Below, in pieces: positions 31,201-42,729 of a stretch of 47,548 bases of DNA; positions within the stretch are counted from its first letter, which is position 1, and the number at the start of each line of letters is the position of its first letter. Origin of the DNA: Tortispora ganteri (lineage: Eukaryota). The position numbers were made by a program, and so were the translations under genes. The stretch is taken from positions 496,001-543,548 of the forward strand of contig PPNB01000005.1 in NCBI GenBank assembly GCA_003707115.1, read 5' to 3'. The notes beneath the pieces were generated by a model. It did no database searches, was not told the DNA's origin, and saw only the letters and a list, made by a program, of their open reading frames with translations.

Positions 31201-32571
31201 TTAAATCTTGATGCGATGAGCACGGTGGTACTGGTTCGGCCACTTGACAATCAATCCGTAGTCTTCGGCTAGCTGTAAAGTCCACTGGGGGTCTTTCAGC
31301 AGGGATCTACCCACGAATACACTGTCCAGATCGTTTTCTTCCAAGGCTCTATCGACGTCCGCAGTGGACCTCATACCGCCTACAGTACCAATAAGAAGCC
31401 CCTCGACAGCTTTCTTGATTTTGCCGGCAAGCAGTGTCTGGTAAGTTGGCGTAAATCCCGGTGGGAACGTCTGATGCGGCGAGTTTCCGCCAGAAGACAC
31501 ATCAAGCAGATCGATTCGCTCGTCCTTGAACATTTTGGCAAGCTTGATCGTGTCGTCAAGCTTCCAGGACTCGGGCAGGTGGTCGAGATACTCTGTTGCT
31601 GACACTCGCACAAACAGAGCCATGTCGTCCCATTTTCCGGCCTCTTCTATAACGCTGCGCACAGCTCTAATTATTTCCAGGGGCAATCGCGCGCGGTTCT
31701 CCAAGCTTCCACCGTACTCGTCCGTTCGCTTGTTCGTGTTGGGTGACAGAAACTGGGTGATGAGGTACCCATGTGCAAAGTGAAGTTCGATAACATCGTA
31801 GCCGGCTTCTATAGCGTAACTGGTGCCTTGCTTGAAGCTGTCAATGATCCGCTTGATGCCCGCTTTGTCTAGGGCATTAGGCGTTGGGTAGAGGTCACCG
31901 TACGGGATCGCAGACGCAGAGACTATCTGCGAAGTGTATCCGCCTTCTTCACCTTCGTAGGCAACATCAGGTAAATCAGAATCGATACGCGTAGGACGGG
32001 CACCAATACTTGCACTACTGTCGAAAATTTTGTTGGTGGAGGGCTTGGCGTCAAGGCAGAGCTTATCTGGGTAATTCGTTCTGTCGACGAGCCAGGGGGG
32101 TAATGTTGACCCTTTGCGGCCAGCATGCCCCAATTGGATTCCGGCTTTCTGATTCTGCGAATGCACGATTTCGACAAGCTTTTTGTGGCCGACCAAGTTA
32201 TCTTGTGAGTAAATTCCAAGATCGTGGGGTGTGATGCGACCTTCCGGCGATACAGCTGAAGCCTCGACGATGACCAAGGAGGTTCCTCTAGTTGCAACGG
32301 AACCGAGCCATGACACATGGTACGGCGTGGGCGTTCCGTCCTGTCCGGCAGAATACTGGCACATGGGACTGAGCCATATCCTGTTCTGGAAATAAAGGTT
32401 CTTGATGGTCAGCGGCTGAAATGCTTTAGGCAAAGGACTACCACGCTTTGCAGGGTCAGTGTATCCCGCTGCAGTTCCGGCAGGCGGTATCTGAGCCGGG
32501 GTAAAGAATGAAATGCCTGGCTGAGGTTTGTTGACCAACGGAGTATAGGATTTTGGCTTATTGAACGCCAT
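31201..32571 (-). CDS. NADH:flavin oxidoreductase / old yellow enzyme, YqjM (thermophilic-like) subclass
   Basis: NRIWLSPMCQYSA, EASAVSPEGRITPHDLGIY, GIQLGHAGRKGS, IELHFAHGYLITQFLSP, RTDEYGGSLENRARL, terminal WPNQYHRA. Confidence 0.92.
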   Translation of the reverse strand: MAFNKPKSYTPLVNKPQPGISFFTPAQIPPAGTAAGYTDPAKRGSPLPKAFQPLTIKNLYFQNRIWLSPMCQYSAGQDGTPTPYHVSWLGSVATRGTSLVIVEASAVSPEGRITPHDLGIYSQDNLVGHKKLVEIVHSQNQKAGIQLGHAGRKGSTLPPWLVDRTNYPDKLCLDAKPSTNKIFDSSASIGARPTRIDSDLPDVAYEGEEGGYTSQIVSASAIPYGDLYPTPNALDKAGIKRIIDSFKQGTSYAIEAGYDVIELHFAHGYLITQFLSPNTNKRTDEYGGSLENRARLPLEIIRAVRSVIEEAGKWDDMALFVRVSATEYLDHLPESWKLDDTIKLAKMFKDERIDLLDVSSGGNSPHQTFPPGFTPTYQTLLAGKIKKAVEGLLIGTVGGMRSTADVDRALEENDLDSVFVGRSLLKDPQWTLQLAEDYGLIVKWPNQYHRAHRIKI

Positions 32572-32919
32572 TCTACCGGAGTACTGCGTCTTCTACGAAT
32601 AACGGAAGATACGGATAATGCACAGATTGAACAGTAATTGATATAGGTTGACTTTGCTTAGGTAAGCACACAACCTTATTGGAGATAAGGTTATAGTAGG
32701 CCGGATAAGCAAACAGTTTTACGCATATATCTTTTCGCCGCATAGTCTTGGCAGTTATTTTTGCTGTGGGCGTAGTTGTGTGAGGCCCAGTTTTGGGGTA
32801 TCACGTCATTGTGGGTGAAGGTGGTGTTGTTGACATGGTGCAGCCGCATATGCAATGTGCACTCAACGCTGACGTTAGAGTTTCGTTAGCGACGGGGATC
32901 GAAAGATATTGAAAAGTGT

Positions 32920-33828
<909 letters not shown>

Positions 33829-33883
33829 TTATCGCACACACGCAAATTTAATTTTCTTACTATTATCGAGGACCAAAAAGCAA

Positions 33884-34885
33884 ATGTCTCAGCCAAATAA
33901 CGAATACAGCGAGAAGCACTATTTCGCCTCGTATGACCATATTGGCATACATGAGGAGATGCTGAAGGACGAGGTGCGCACGACTACCTACCGCCAAGCA
34001 ATATACAATAGTAGACACCTGTTCAAGGGAAAAGTTGTCCTCGATGTCGGCTGCGGTACGGGTATTTTGTCCATGTTCGCTGCTCGGTCAGGTGCTGCGC
34101 TTGTGATAGGCGTAGATATGTCTAACATTATTGAGACTGCCAAAAAATTGGCAGAAGATAACGACCTCGGCGACAAGATCGTCTTCCTGCGCGGCAAGAT
34201 GGAAGAGGTTAAACTACCTGTTGATAAAGTCGATATAATCATTTCAGAATGGATGGGATATTTCTTGCTCTACGAATCCATGCTTGATACCGTGATCTGT
34301 GCGCGCGATATGTACCTTACACCTGACGGGCTCATATTCCCTGACCATGCTACCCTCAAGATAGCAGGTATTGAGGACGGCGCCTACAAAGCTGAAAAAA
34401 TCGACTTCTGGGACGAAGTCTACGGCTTTGATTTTTCAAGAATAAAACAGACTGCACTTCGCGAACCTATAGTCGACGTAGTCGAAGCATCGGCGATTGT
34501 CACGACGGCATCCTCCATCCTGGAGATCGACCTGTACACAGTAACGGTGAAGGACCTTGAATTTCGACATGATTTCAATCTGATCGCAACTAGAACTGAT
34601 TATTTGCACGCTTTGGTTGGTTGGTTTGATATCAAATTTACTAAATGCCACAAGCCGCTCTATTTCTCGACTGGGCCCCACGCCAGATACACCCATTGGA
34701 AACAAACAGTCTTCTATCTGCACGATATCCTCAGTGTTAACGCAGGGGAAAAAATTACTGGAGAAATTACTTGCAAGCCTAATGATGCAAACCATCGCGA
34801 TTTGGAGTTCACTATATCTTACGATTTCTCCCCCGCGGATGCCGGTCGCGCAATGCACGCCACTCACGAATATTTGCTATGTTGA
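33884..34885 (+). CDS. HMT1: Type I protein arginine methyltransferase (PRMT1)
   Basis: YFASYDHIGIHEEMLKD, VLDVGCGTGILSMFAA, DIIISEWMGYFLLYESML, THWKQTVFY. Confidence 0.97.
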   Translation: MSQPNNEYSEKHYFASYDHIGIHEEMLKDEVRTTTYRQAIYNSRHLFKGKVVLDVGCGTGILSMFAARSGAALVIGVDMSNIIETAKKLAEDNDLGDKIVFLRGKMEEVKLPVDKVDIIISEWMGYFLLYESMLDTVICARDMYLTPDGLIFPDHATLKIAGIEDGAYKAEKIDFWDEVYGFDFSRIKQTALREPIVDVVEASAIVTTASSILEIDLYTVTVKDLEFRHDFNLIATRTDYLHALVGWFDIKFTKCHKPLYFSTGPHARYTHWKQTVFYLHDILSVNAGEKITGEITCKPNDANHRDLEFTISYDFSPADAGRAMHATHEYLLC

Positions 34886-35082
34886 TACGACCGTCTATGA
34901 TAATTTGTTAATTGTTGGTATCAGATACTCCTATTACTATATGTTCAAACTAGATTATACACAATCCATCCCCCAAGTACCAATTTTATTTTTGACCTCT
35001 TATTAGTGCATTCGTGATTCCCGCATTTTTGCAAAAAAACGCTCTTTAACTTTCATATTAATAAGTATAGCAGCTTTAGATG

Positions 35083-36444
35083 TTATCTTCGTTTCGCTGC
35101 CAGAGTAGCTATCGTTTCGCCGCTCTCAAGTTGTCCGACTAAGTAGGAAGTCCTAATGATGACGTCTGTAATCTCAAACACAAAATCACTAGTCTTGTCG
35201 GTGATATAAAGGCCGGGTATCGGTCTTCCCACAGGATCAAACTCACCGCGCAAAAGCAGCTTCACTTTGAGTCCGATAGTCCGCTCGTGGTTCCACCAGA
35301 TGTTATCGAGAGAACTCTGCTCGGCACAATTTTCGTAAGGAACAGCAATGTGTTCGTCATCTGCGTCTGTCACTTTCAAAGATTCGATAAAATCACGGTG
35401 TATACGCTGGACTTTACTAAAAACCGTTCTTGTTTTGCGCAGCACCGAGTTTTCAGGTACGTCATTCGGATTAGCAACTAACTTGTCGCTGGTGACGTGA
35501 GTAACTGATTCCAGAAAAGCACCTTCAATGTTGAACTGTGCAAATTGCTCGTAGTCTTCCAGCAATATACGGCCATAGCATTTCTGGCCAAACTTCGGAT
35601 CAAAGCGGCGAGGTTCTAGGCCAACCAGACTATGCAGCGACAGGTACGTAAAGCTTTCTGGGTACGCAGGCACCGTGACGTGGCCCCAGTAAGCGGTAGA
35701 CGCATATCGTTGCTTCACGGAGAAAATCGAGTACATGTCATCGACTACCATGTCACTTCCTACGAAATTTGGACTTCCATAGGAAGGGATCGTGATCGTG
35801 GGAGAAGAAGACAAAGACGATGTCGGTGATCTAGGAAGCGACATGCGAACAGTGGTCTTATATGTGGTTTCAAACCAAGGCGCGATCGGTTTCAATTCAG
35901 GCATATACATTTTGAACATGAATGCGTCTTCGTTCTTTGATATAAAGGAGTTCAAGCGGCGCAGCATTGTAGATTGCACCTCCTTACGAACAAGCAGTGA
36001 CGACTGCGATAAGGAGATAAGCGATTTAGCGGGGCACTGCGAATAGACAATGTCTCTTAATTCCGCAGGCAGGTGAGGAAACATAGCAAATTCTTCATCT
36101 TTCATGCATGGCTGAGAAACAACTGTTGGTGCGCAATCCATGGAGATGAGATCGGAGTATGATGGCGATACTGGCAGATCGTGCAATTGGTCAGAAGTGA
36201 TAAGGTTTTGGGCGTGCTCATCGGCTCTGAACAGGAACATTAGAAGATTCATTATATGCCCTGATCTTCCAGCAGTACAGAACATTGTTTGATCTAAATT
36301 TTTGGTAAGAGAATTCCCAGGTTTATTAGGATGGTTATACTTGTGAAACTCGTCGAATTGTTTCAGCTTGTTCAACTGTTGCAACTTTTGATCTGGCAGA
36401 TCAAACATCTCATGGTGCAGTTGCGCTGGTGAAACGATCAACAT
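35083..36444 (-). CDS. Fungal F-box-like protein of unknown function
   Basis: Long ORF with F-box-like FPHLPAELRDIVYSQCPAKSLISLSQSS. Start uncertain (several in-frame ATGs upstream of the F-box). Confidence 0.65.
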   Translation of the reverse strand: MLIVSPAQLHHEMFDLPDQKLQQLNKLKQFDEFHKYNHPNKPGNSLTKNLDQTMFCTAGRSGHIMNLLMFLFRADEHAQNLITSDQLHDLPVSPSYSDLISMDCAPTVVSQPCMKDEEFAMFPHLPAELRDIVYSQCPAKSLISLSQSSLLVRKEVQSTMLRRLNSFISKNEDAFMFKMYMPELKPIAPWFETTYKTTVRMSLPRSPTSSLSSSPTITIPSYGSPNFVGSDMVVDDMYSIFSVKQRYASTAYWGHVTVPAYPESFTYLSLHSLVGLEPRRFDPKFGQKCYGRILLEDYEQFAQFNIEGAFLESVTHVTSDKLVANPNDVPENSVLRKTRTVFSKVQRIHRDFIESLKVTDADDEHIAVPYENCAEQSSLDNIWWNHERTIGLKVKLLLRGEFDPVGRPIPGLYITDKTSDFVFEITDVIIRTSYLVGQLESGETIATLAAKRR

Positions 36445-36798
36445 CTCTATTTTGGAACTATAAGGATATAAGCGGAACCTATTTAAATCAGCTACTTATA
36501 TGCATTTGAATACAATACAATATCGTATACGGGATCTCCTATTTATTATCGTGGTGTGATCCGAAACTGTATGCCGTATTCCTAATTGGGAGTTCGAGCC
36601 GGATTAACCTTGCGCCTAATGCGCTAGCGATAAAAGGCGAAATGAGTCAGACGCAGGGATCCGACTTTTCTACTGAAAGAAAATGGTTGTAGTAGTACCC
36701 TTTATGCCATTTGAATTATACCAGTTAAAACATAAAAGTTACTATCCAAATCAGTAAGGTAAGCTGGTGCTCAGCGGATTGTCAAGTTGGTCGTTCGC

Positions 36799-37709
36799 TT
36801 AAACGATCGATTCAAGTTGGCGAGCATATCCAATAACGTTTTCTATAATGGTTGACTCAGACACGGTAACATTTGCTGTGCTTGTGAACTCGAAATAAAC
36901 TCGTCCCTCCTTAATGGTCCATCCTTTAGCCGCGGCAAAGTCAGCCACTTCTTTGTCAGAATCCAGGAACAGCAGCGAGCGACAACTAGCAACAGGTAGT
37001 GAGGCATAAGCTCTCTCGGAGCATGATGCTACTTCGTTCCTAATCGCTTCGACCAAGATTGGCGAAAATAATGCATACTCCTCGGATGGCACTTCACCTC
37101 CCTGTGTTGCCTTCCAAACAGAGTCGTAGGACCCCTCCATCAGCCATCTCTCAAGCTTGACTGGATAAGACAAATACGGGTCTAACGATTCTATCTCAGC
37201 CATATCTTCGCCGCCTTCAGTAAGTGACTCCAAGGTTGTGTGAAAACCGGCAATATCGTTCTTTGCCAGTAGCAGCAGCAAATATAAACCCGTGATTTTG
37301 CTCTTCTCATTCCATTCTTTGGGGGCTTTTTCCGATTTTTTCAAGGAGTAAAACACTCGTAATTGCTCAAAAGTTCGCGCAAACGTGTTATCGTCCGACA
37401 TACGCAAAGCAGCAAGAGCTATTCGTTCCAGGGTCATTCTTGCCGTGTCGGCGTTTTTCGAATTTTCGTCGGGAATCAGCATTCCTGATTTTGCTAATTC
37501 TAGTTTGGCAGAAACAGCCAATTCATAACACTTCTTGTAGTCGCCGGAAACGTACGCCTTGTTTAGTTGCACAACTGACATTCTGATTGTGAACGTTAGG
37601 ATGTGTGTGTTCGTAAGATGAGGAAGGTGTTGTGGTCGTCATGGGCGAGTGTTCCACCCGAGACGATGCCGACTGTCTGCCGCTATCGCCGGACTCACTG
37701 TAAAGGCAT
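36799..37709 (-). CDS. RPN12: 26S proteasome lid subunit Rpn12; exons 37709-37699 and 37582-36799
   Basis: GLYLLLLLAKNDIAGFHTTLE, YPVKLERWLMEGSYD, IRNEVASCSERAY, YARQLESIV. Splicing gives MPLQMSVVQLNKAYVSGDY, collinear with the yeast MPSLAELTKSLSIAFENGDY-type N-terminus (recalled). Confidence 0.93.
37583..37698 (-). other. 116-nt spliceosomal intron in RPN12
   Basis: 5' splice site GTGAGT at 37698, branch CCTAAC (~37595-37600), 3' CAG ending 37583; joins ATG CCT TTA CA|A ATG in frame. Confidence 0.8.
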
Positions 37710-38115
37710 TCTTCTAGATTCCACTGAGGTAATTCGTGACAATTGGGTTTTTCATATACCAATAAATAAACATTATTATGCTTACAAGAGTCTGATTGTG
37801 GCACGTTTTGATCGTATAGCTCAAATAGTTCACTCTACCTGCTTCTAGCCTAAAGAACGTTCCACCATCCCAACGGCTTTTCATTCATACACCTCTCCAG
37901 AAATCTAGATGGCGAACCAATCATACAACGTAAACAATTCAGTGTCTGTGTCTATGGAACAATAATGCTATATTATTTGCCTGTGGAAAATGCAGGGTTA
38001 ATACAATGCTGGCGATGCAAAACCGTCCTGCAAAATCGCCTTTTTAAAGTTGCAGTTGAGCTATAAAAGTATATATTTAAGTTGCACAAAATTGCACCAA
38101 CGATCGCATACGAAG

Positions 38116-38454
38116 CACGTGCATTCATCCCGGACTTTCCAGCGGCTTTTTGTCCTATTCAATATCTTCGGATTACTGCAATAATTCACCTGGCTGAAAC
38201 ATCTAGAGTGTTCATAGTCTGAAACAAATAGCCACATGTCTATTCTATTGTCTGTACATACATTTTAGACATGCTTCTCAGCCACAATTGCGTGGATTCT
38301 TAGTTATCATTACTGATTAATAAGCCTTGGAACTTCACGAAATGATTACGACTAGCCATTAAAGGTACGCAAAAATACCAAGACCTAGGCAAACTTTGCT
38401 GAGCCTGTGCAAAGATGCCAAGACTACCCTATAGAGGCTTCATCCGCACACGTG
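38116..38454 (+). promoter_or_regulatory. Two CACGTG E-boxes (38116-38121, 38449-38454): candidate Pho4/NUC-1 sites, plus TATA-like TATATATATA at ~38468
   Basis: Motifs read directly upstream of the alkaline phosphatase; Pho4-type control is inferred. Confidence 0.55.
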
Positions 38455-38543
38455 CCCCAGGCAGACGTATATATATACTGAAATTGATATGAGAATTGTC
38501 CACTTGTTCATCGCAGTGTCTGGTACTTTTATATACGTTGAGA

Positions 38544-40496
38544 ATGAGATTACAAGTTGCTGCAATCCTGTGCACTGCTGCAGTACAAGCACAATACTTT
38601 CAACGCTTAGGCGGTTGCCCTGATCTCGGTTGCATCTTCCCTGTTGACCAAGCTAACTTCCTTCCTGGACAAGCATTCGACATAAGACTCGAAATCCATT
38701 CACCTACAAATGGTTCTGAAGCTCGCGAAGGCACGCCGGACGAGAACTTTACTTTCACTGTCGCTAAAAAAGGTTGTGAACCCGTACCTGTTACAGAGTT
38801 CTTCGGTGTGCAGGAAGCTCAGCTAGAAAAATGGAATTTCACGTGGTATGAAGACTTGTTTGCCAAAGATCTTAGAGAGCCCAGTTTTGTGCAAGTTGCT
38901 TCTAAGGCATATCGCAACTTGAAACTCACAGAGCCTGGTGAATACGAAGCTGTTCTCACGTATTATAATGGCACCACTACCAATGCTACCTGGGTCGTGC
39001 GTGACATAAGCGCTGAGCGTAAGGCTAAGAACGTCATCATGTTTATTGGTGATGGTATGACAACGAACATGATAACTGCTGCTCGTCTTATAGCGCATCA
39101 AAGTGTCAACGGTCACTATCTCACCAAAATGGCTATGGACCAGTTTCCTGTTCTGGGTCATCAAATGACGCATTCGATGGACTCATTCATCACCGACTCT
39201 GCAAATTCGGCAACATCATTGTATTCTGGGCATAAAACGACGGTCAATGCTTTGGGAGTCTATGTGGATTCATCGGCCGATCCATTTGATGATCCAAAAT
39301 TTGAAACAGTTGCAGAGATCTTCCGCCGCAAGAATCCTAATGCCGGCATAGGAATTGTCTCGACTGCATTCATTGCTGATGCAACACCAGCTGCATTGAC
39401 AGCTCATACTGCTGCGCGGTCACAATATGGTCATGTGATCGACAGCTATATTCATGGACTTCAAAACTTCACAGAGTGGGGTACTTGGACTGGTCCTGAT
39501 GTTCTATTCGGTGGTGGTGCTGAAAATTTCCTTCCGAAAGGATCCTATCAAGGTCAGAATTATTACGATATCTTTTCAAGCGCCGGATATTCTGTGTATT
39601 TTAACAACACTGCACTATCATCTGCTGCTAACGACACTAAAGCTCTTGGAATATTTAGCACAGGGAACTTAGCTAAGTGGCTTGATAGAAACGTGTATCC
39701 CGAGAACCTTCAGAATAAAACTAACTACCCTGATGGTTCAGACAATACAGCAGATGATCAGCCTGGCCTCAAGGATATGACGCTGAAAGCCATCGATATT
39801 CTGGCAGAACGTTCTGGCGACGAAGGATTTTTCCTTATGTCTGAAGCGGCAAGCATTGACAAAATGATGCATCTTCTGGACTATGACCGTGCACTTGGAG
39901 AGCTTCTTGAGCTTGATGACACCATACGTGCTACTAAGGAGAAGCTTGAAGCACTTGGACTTCTCAACGATACTCTTATCGTTGTCACAGCAGACCATGG
40001 TCATGGGTTTGATGTTGCCGGATCTGTTGACACAGAATACTTGGAAAGTCAGGAAACTGACCGCGCTAAAAGAGACTCTATTGGAGTCTATGCCAACTCT
40101 GGTCTGTCTCAGTACACCGTAAAGAACCAAAAGTCGCCTGTTTACTCTGATGGAGTCCATTTTCCGGCACAATGGGATCCTCGCTATGCGCTCTTTGCAG
40201 GAGTCGTAGCTAATCCTGACCACCGCGAGAACTATAAAGTCAACAAAAACGGACCTAGGCTTCCCGCCTCCGAAATCGTCGATGATACCAACGACTATTA
40301 CGCGGACTATAAGGACGCAGTCACAGGGTTTGTGATCAACGGTACGCTTCCTGTGAACGCTGACCAAGGTGTTCATTCGCTCACCGATGTACCTGTATTT
40401 GCTCAAGGTCCCTGTCAGGAGTTGTTTGGTGGAGTCTATAACTCTATAGATATCTTCTACAACGTTGCAGAGTGTCTGGGTCTCGCTTCTTACTAG
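38544..40496 (+). CDS. Secreted alkaline phosphatase with N-terminal extension (not Pho8-type)
   Basis: Signal peptide MRLQVAAILCTAAVQA; AKNVIMFIGDGM, catalytic TDSANSAT, DATPAA, FFLMSEAASIDKMMH, IVVTADHGH, VHSLTDVPVFA; many NxT/S sequons. Confidence 0.93.
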   Translation: MRLQVAAILCTAAVQAQYFQRLGGCPDLGCIFPVDQANFLPGQAFDIRLEIHSPTNGSEAREGTPDENFTFTVAKKGCEPVPVTEFFGVQEAQLEKWNFTWYEDLFAKDLREPSFVQVASKAYRNLKLTEPGEYEAVLTYYNGTTTNATWVVRDISAERKAKNVIMFIGDGMTTNMITAARLIAHQSVNGHYLTKMAMDQFPVLGHQMTHSMDSFITDSANSATSLYSGHKTTVNALGVYVDSSADPFDDPKFETVAEIFRRKNPNAGIGIVSTAFIADATPAALTAHTAARSQYGHVIDSYIHGLQNFTEWGTWTGPDVLFGGGAENFLPKGSYQGQNYYDIFSSAGYSVYFNNTALSSAANDTKALGIFSTGNLAKWLDRNVYPENLQNKTNYPDGSDNTADDQPGLKDMTLKAIDILAERSGDEGFFLMSEAASIDKMMHLLDYDRALGELLELDDTIRATKEKLEALGLLNDTLIVVTADHGHGFDVAGSVDTEYLESQETDRAKRDSIGVYANSGLSQYTVKNQKSPVYSDGVHFPAQWDPRYALFAGVVANPDHRENYKVNKNGPRLPASEIVDDTNDYYADYKDAVTGFVINGTLPVNADQGVHSLTDVPVFAQGPCQELFGGVYNSIDIFYNVAECLGLASY

Positions 40497-41090
40497 CCAG
40501 CGGCGTGTAAGTTCACGGCAATTTCGCTTCTTTCTTTTCGTTAACATTTACTATATTAAAAACTTTTTTCTTCTGTATAAAAGTAATGTAACATGTTTCA
40601 TGCATACTAATGCAAAGCCAATATCCAAATGGCTATTGATTGTCACATATAAAATAAAACGTAGTTGTACTGATACTCTGATTTTAACGCTTTTAATCTG
40701 AGTTGGTTGCGCTTAAAGTTAACAAATCACGTGCCTTGCTTATCAGCAGCACAAGAAACCACTAAAGCCTTGCAGTTCCGAGATTCGTTCGCTCTTTAGT
40801 CCACCTAAGCCATAAACAGTGCTAAGCCTGCGCATAGCGGCAGAGTGCTAATAATTTACTGTTGAAAACGACGTGGTAACGCAAAATTTCTGTAATATTG
40901 TAATCTGCAGAGTTGTCGATTAGTCACACTCTGCGACTCGATCGTAAGCTGCAACCTACCATTAGGCATTTGCTTTAGCGCTGATCTATACAGCTTTTGC
41001 TGGACCACTTCTTCTACGTAAGCTATCGAGGTTTTATCGGCGTGATTTACCTGTACGTGATCGAAACTCCGCCAACTGCTCGACATCACT

Positions 41091-42641
41091 ATGCCGCGTC
41101 GTTTTACTCCGCTAATAGCTTCCCACAGCAAGTTTGGTTGCTACTTTTGCAAGAAAAGGAGAAAGAAATGCGATGAGATGAAACCGACATGCAGTTCGTG
41201 TCTTAAACGGTCTATCGATTGCGTTTATCCGGAATATGTGCCCTCGTCAAACACAAAAGCTGCTGTTCGGAAGACAAGAAAAAGCGGCTCAGCCACTAAT
41301 AAACACAGCCCGACTGCACTTACAAAACATCGAGAGAGACCTGCGATAGGCGATATATGGGCCTTGGCTACGACGTCTACTGTAAGTTTTGCTTGTGTGC
41401 CCGAGATGAAAATGTTCGACCAGGAAAATATATCCAATAAAACCAAGCTTAACAGTAACGTGAACGAGCCTGTTGACCTGTACATATTTGCTTACGCCGA
41501 GCACTTCTCAAAAATATTAATCCCTCCTCACGGTTTTCCGCCTGGACTGTTTACAAGCTCTCAAGTCCAAGATTGGGTAGAACGCCAGGAGCTGTTCACC
41601 CTCCGTAGAGCCTGCGGCGCCTTCTATCTGGCTTATGCAGGATCTGCTGATGCCAGCGAAAAGGCTGTTGATTGTTATTTGCTAGGCTTGCGCGAGCTGC
41701 GGAATTCTCTTGCGTCTATTGACAATTCCTTTTTCGACTACTGGATCACCTCCGCTATCCTTACATTGGTCGTGCTGGAGAAAACATTCTACGCTTCGGC
41801 AACCCGAGCCATCTATCATCTGCGCTGTGCATTGCACTTGTTTGGCAATAATTTACGAATGATAATACGCGCTGCACAGTCCAAAAAGGTAGTGTTATCA
41901 ATCGAAAACCTTCTGCTTGCCGATAGCATTATATACAATTCTTCGGTGATGATTATATTCTGCGCAGATAAGGATAGAAGACTTTTGTGTGCCCCTGAGC
42001 AATTTGAATATCTGTACCAGTTGGCAAGAGCCTCACTTCCTAGATCTCCGGAATTCCAATGGGGGTGGCAACCTATAACTGGGTACTGCCAAACTGTTTT
42101 CTATATTGTTTATCAGGCTTCTCAACTTGCTCATGAATCTAGGTCTCGTATCATAGAGATATGTGAAATAGACAGGCTTCAAAAACTTCTTATGGATTGG
42201 AACGAGTGGCAGATGGAACAGGTGATGACTTCTGCTAACATTCATGCTAGTGTCGAGGCAAATATAAACATAGGTCGCATATACTTTTGGGTCTTGCAAA
42301 TTCTTCTTTTGTACATACGTGACCCAACTATGATGGCTTCACATCCTGATGTTCAATTCTGCGTGAACGAAGCGGTTCTTTTAACATATGAAATGTCTCA
42401 TAATGTTGGCTGCATTATGGTTCTGTGGGCTATGGCCATCCTTGGACTCTCCGTAGTTGACTTCGAAACTAGAGCTATTTTTCATACAAATTTGATGAGA
42501 ATGGGCGACACTCTGCATTCTTTCATTCCTCGCAAAATTAAAATTGCTCATGAACTTGTGTGGAATGATATGATTTATACAAGGCCAGGACTCGCTGTGA
42601 TTTTGAGCGATGAACTGAGCGCAATGGATATGGCTCTTTGA
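41091..42641 (+). CDS. Zn(II)2Cys6 transcription factor
   Basis: GCYFCKKRRKKCDEMKPTCSSCLKRSIDCVY binuclear cluster, followed by a helical fungal TF (Fungal_trans_2-like) region. Confidence 0.92.
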   Translation: MPRRFTPLIASHSKFGCYFCKKRRKKCDEMKPTCSSCLKRSIDCVYPEYVPSSNTKAAVRKTRKSGSATNKHSPTALTKHRERPAIGDIWALATTSTVSFACVPEMKMFDQENISNKTKLNSNVNEPVDLYIFAYAEHFSKILIPPHGFPPGLFTSSQVQDWVERQELFTLRRACGAFYLAYAGSADASEKAVDCYLLGLRELRNSLASIDNSFFDYWITSAILTLVVLEKTFYASATRAIYHLRCALHLFGNNLRMIIRAAQSKKVVLSIENLLLADSIIYNSSVMIIFCADKDRRLLCAPEQFEYLYQLARASLPRSPEFQWGWQPITGYCQTVFYIVYQASQLAHESRSRIIEICEIDRLQKLLMDWNEWQMEQVMTSANIHASVEANINIGRIYFWVLQILLLYIRDPTMMASHPDVQFCVNEAVLLTYEMSHNVGCIMVLWAMAILGLSVVDFETRAIFHTNLMRMGDTLHSFIPRKIKIAHELVWNDMIYTRPGLAVILSDELSAMDMAL

Positions 42642-42729
42642 TGGATATCGAACAGCAAAAGTCCTTTGGGAAATTTACTTTTTTTTTTATTTGTTAATAG
42701 TTATAGTATATAAGCGTTTTGTATTCTTT

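Noticed and set aside
37523..37804. 93-aa minus ORF containing NNVYLLVYEK (USP C-terminus-like)
   Set aside because: GTG start with an in-frame stop just upstream; it spans the RPN12 promoter, exon 1 and intron, so it is coincidental.
39738..40547. 269-aa minus ORF and other nested antisense ORFs in the track
   Set aside because: Antisense shadows of well-supported genes.
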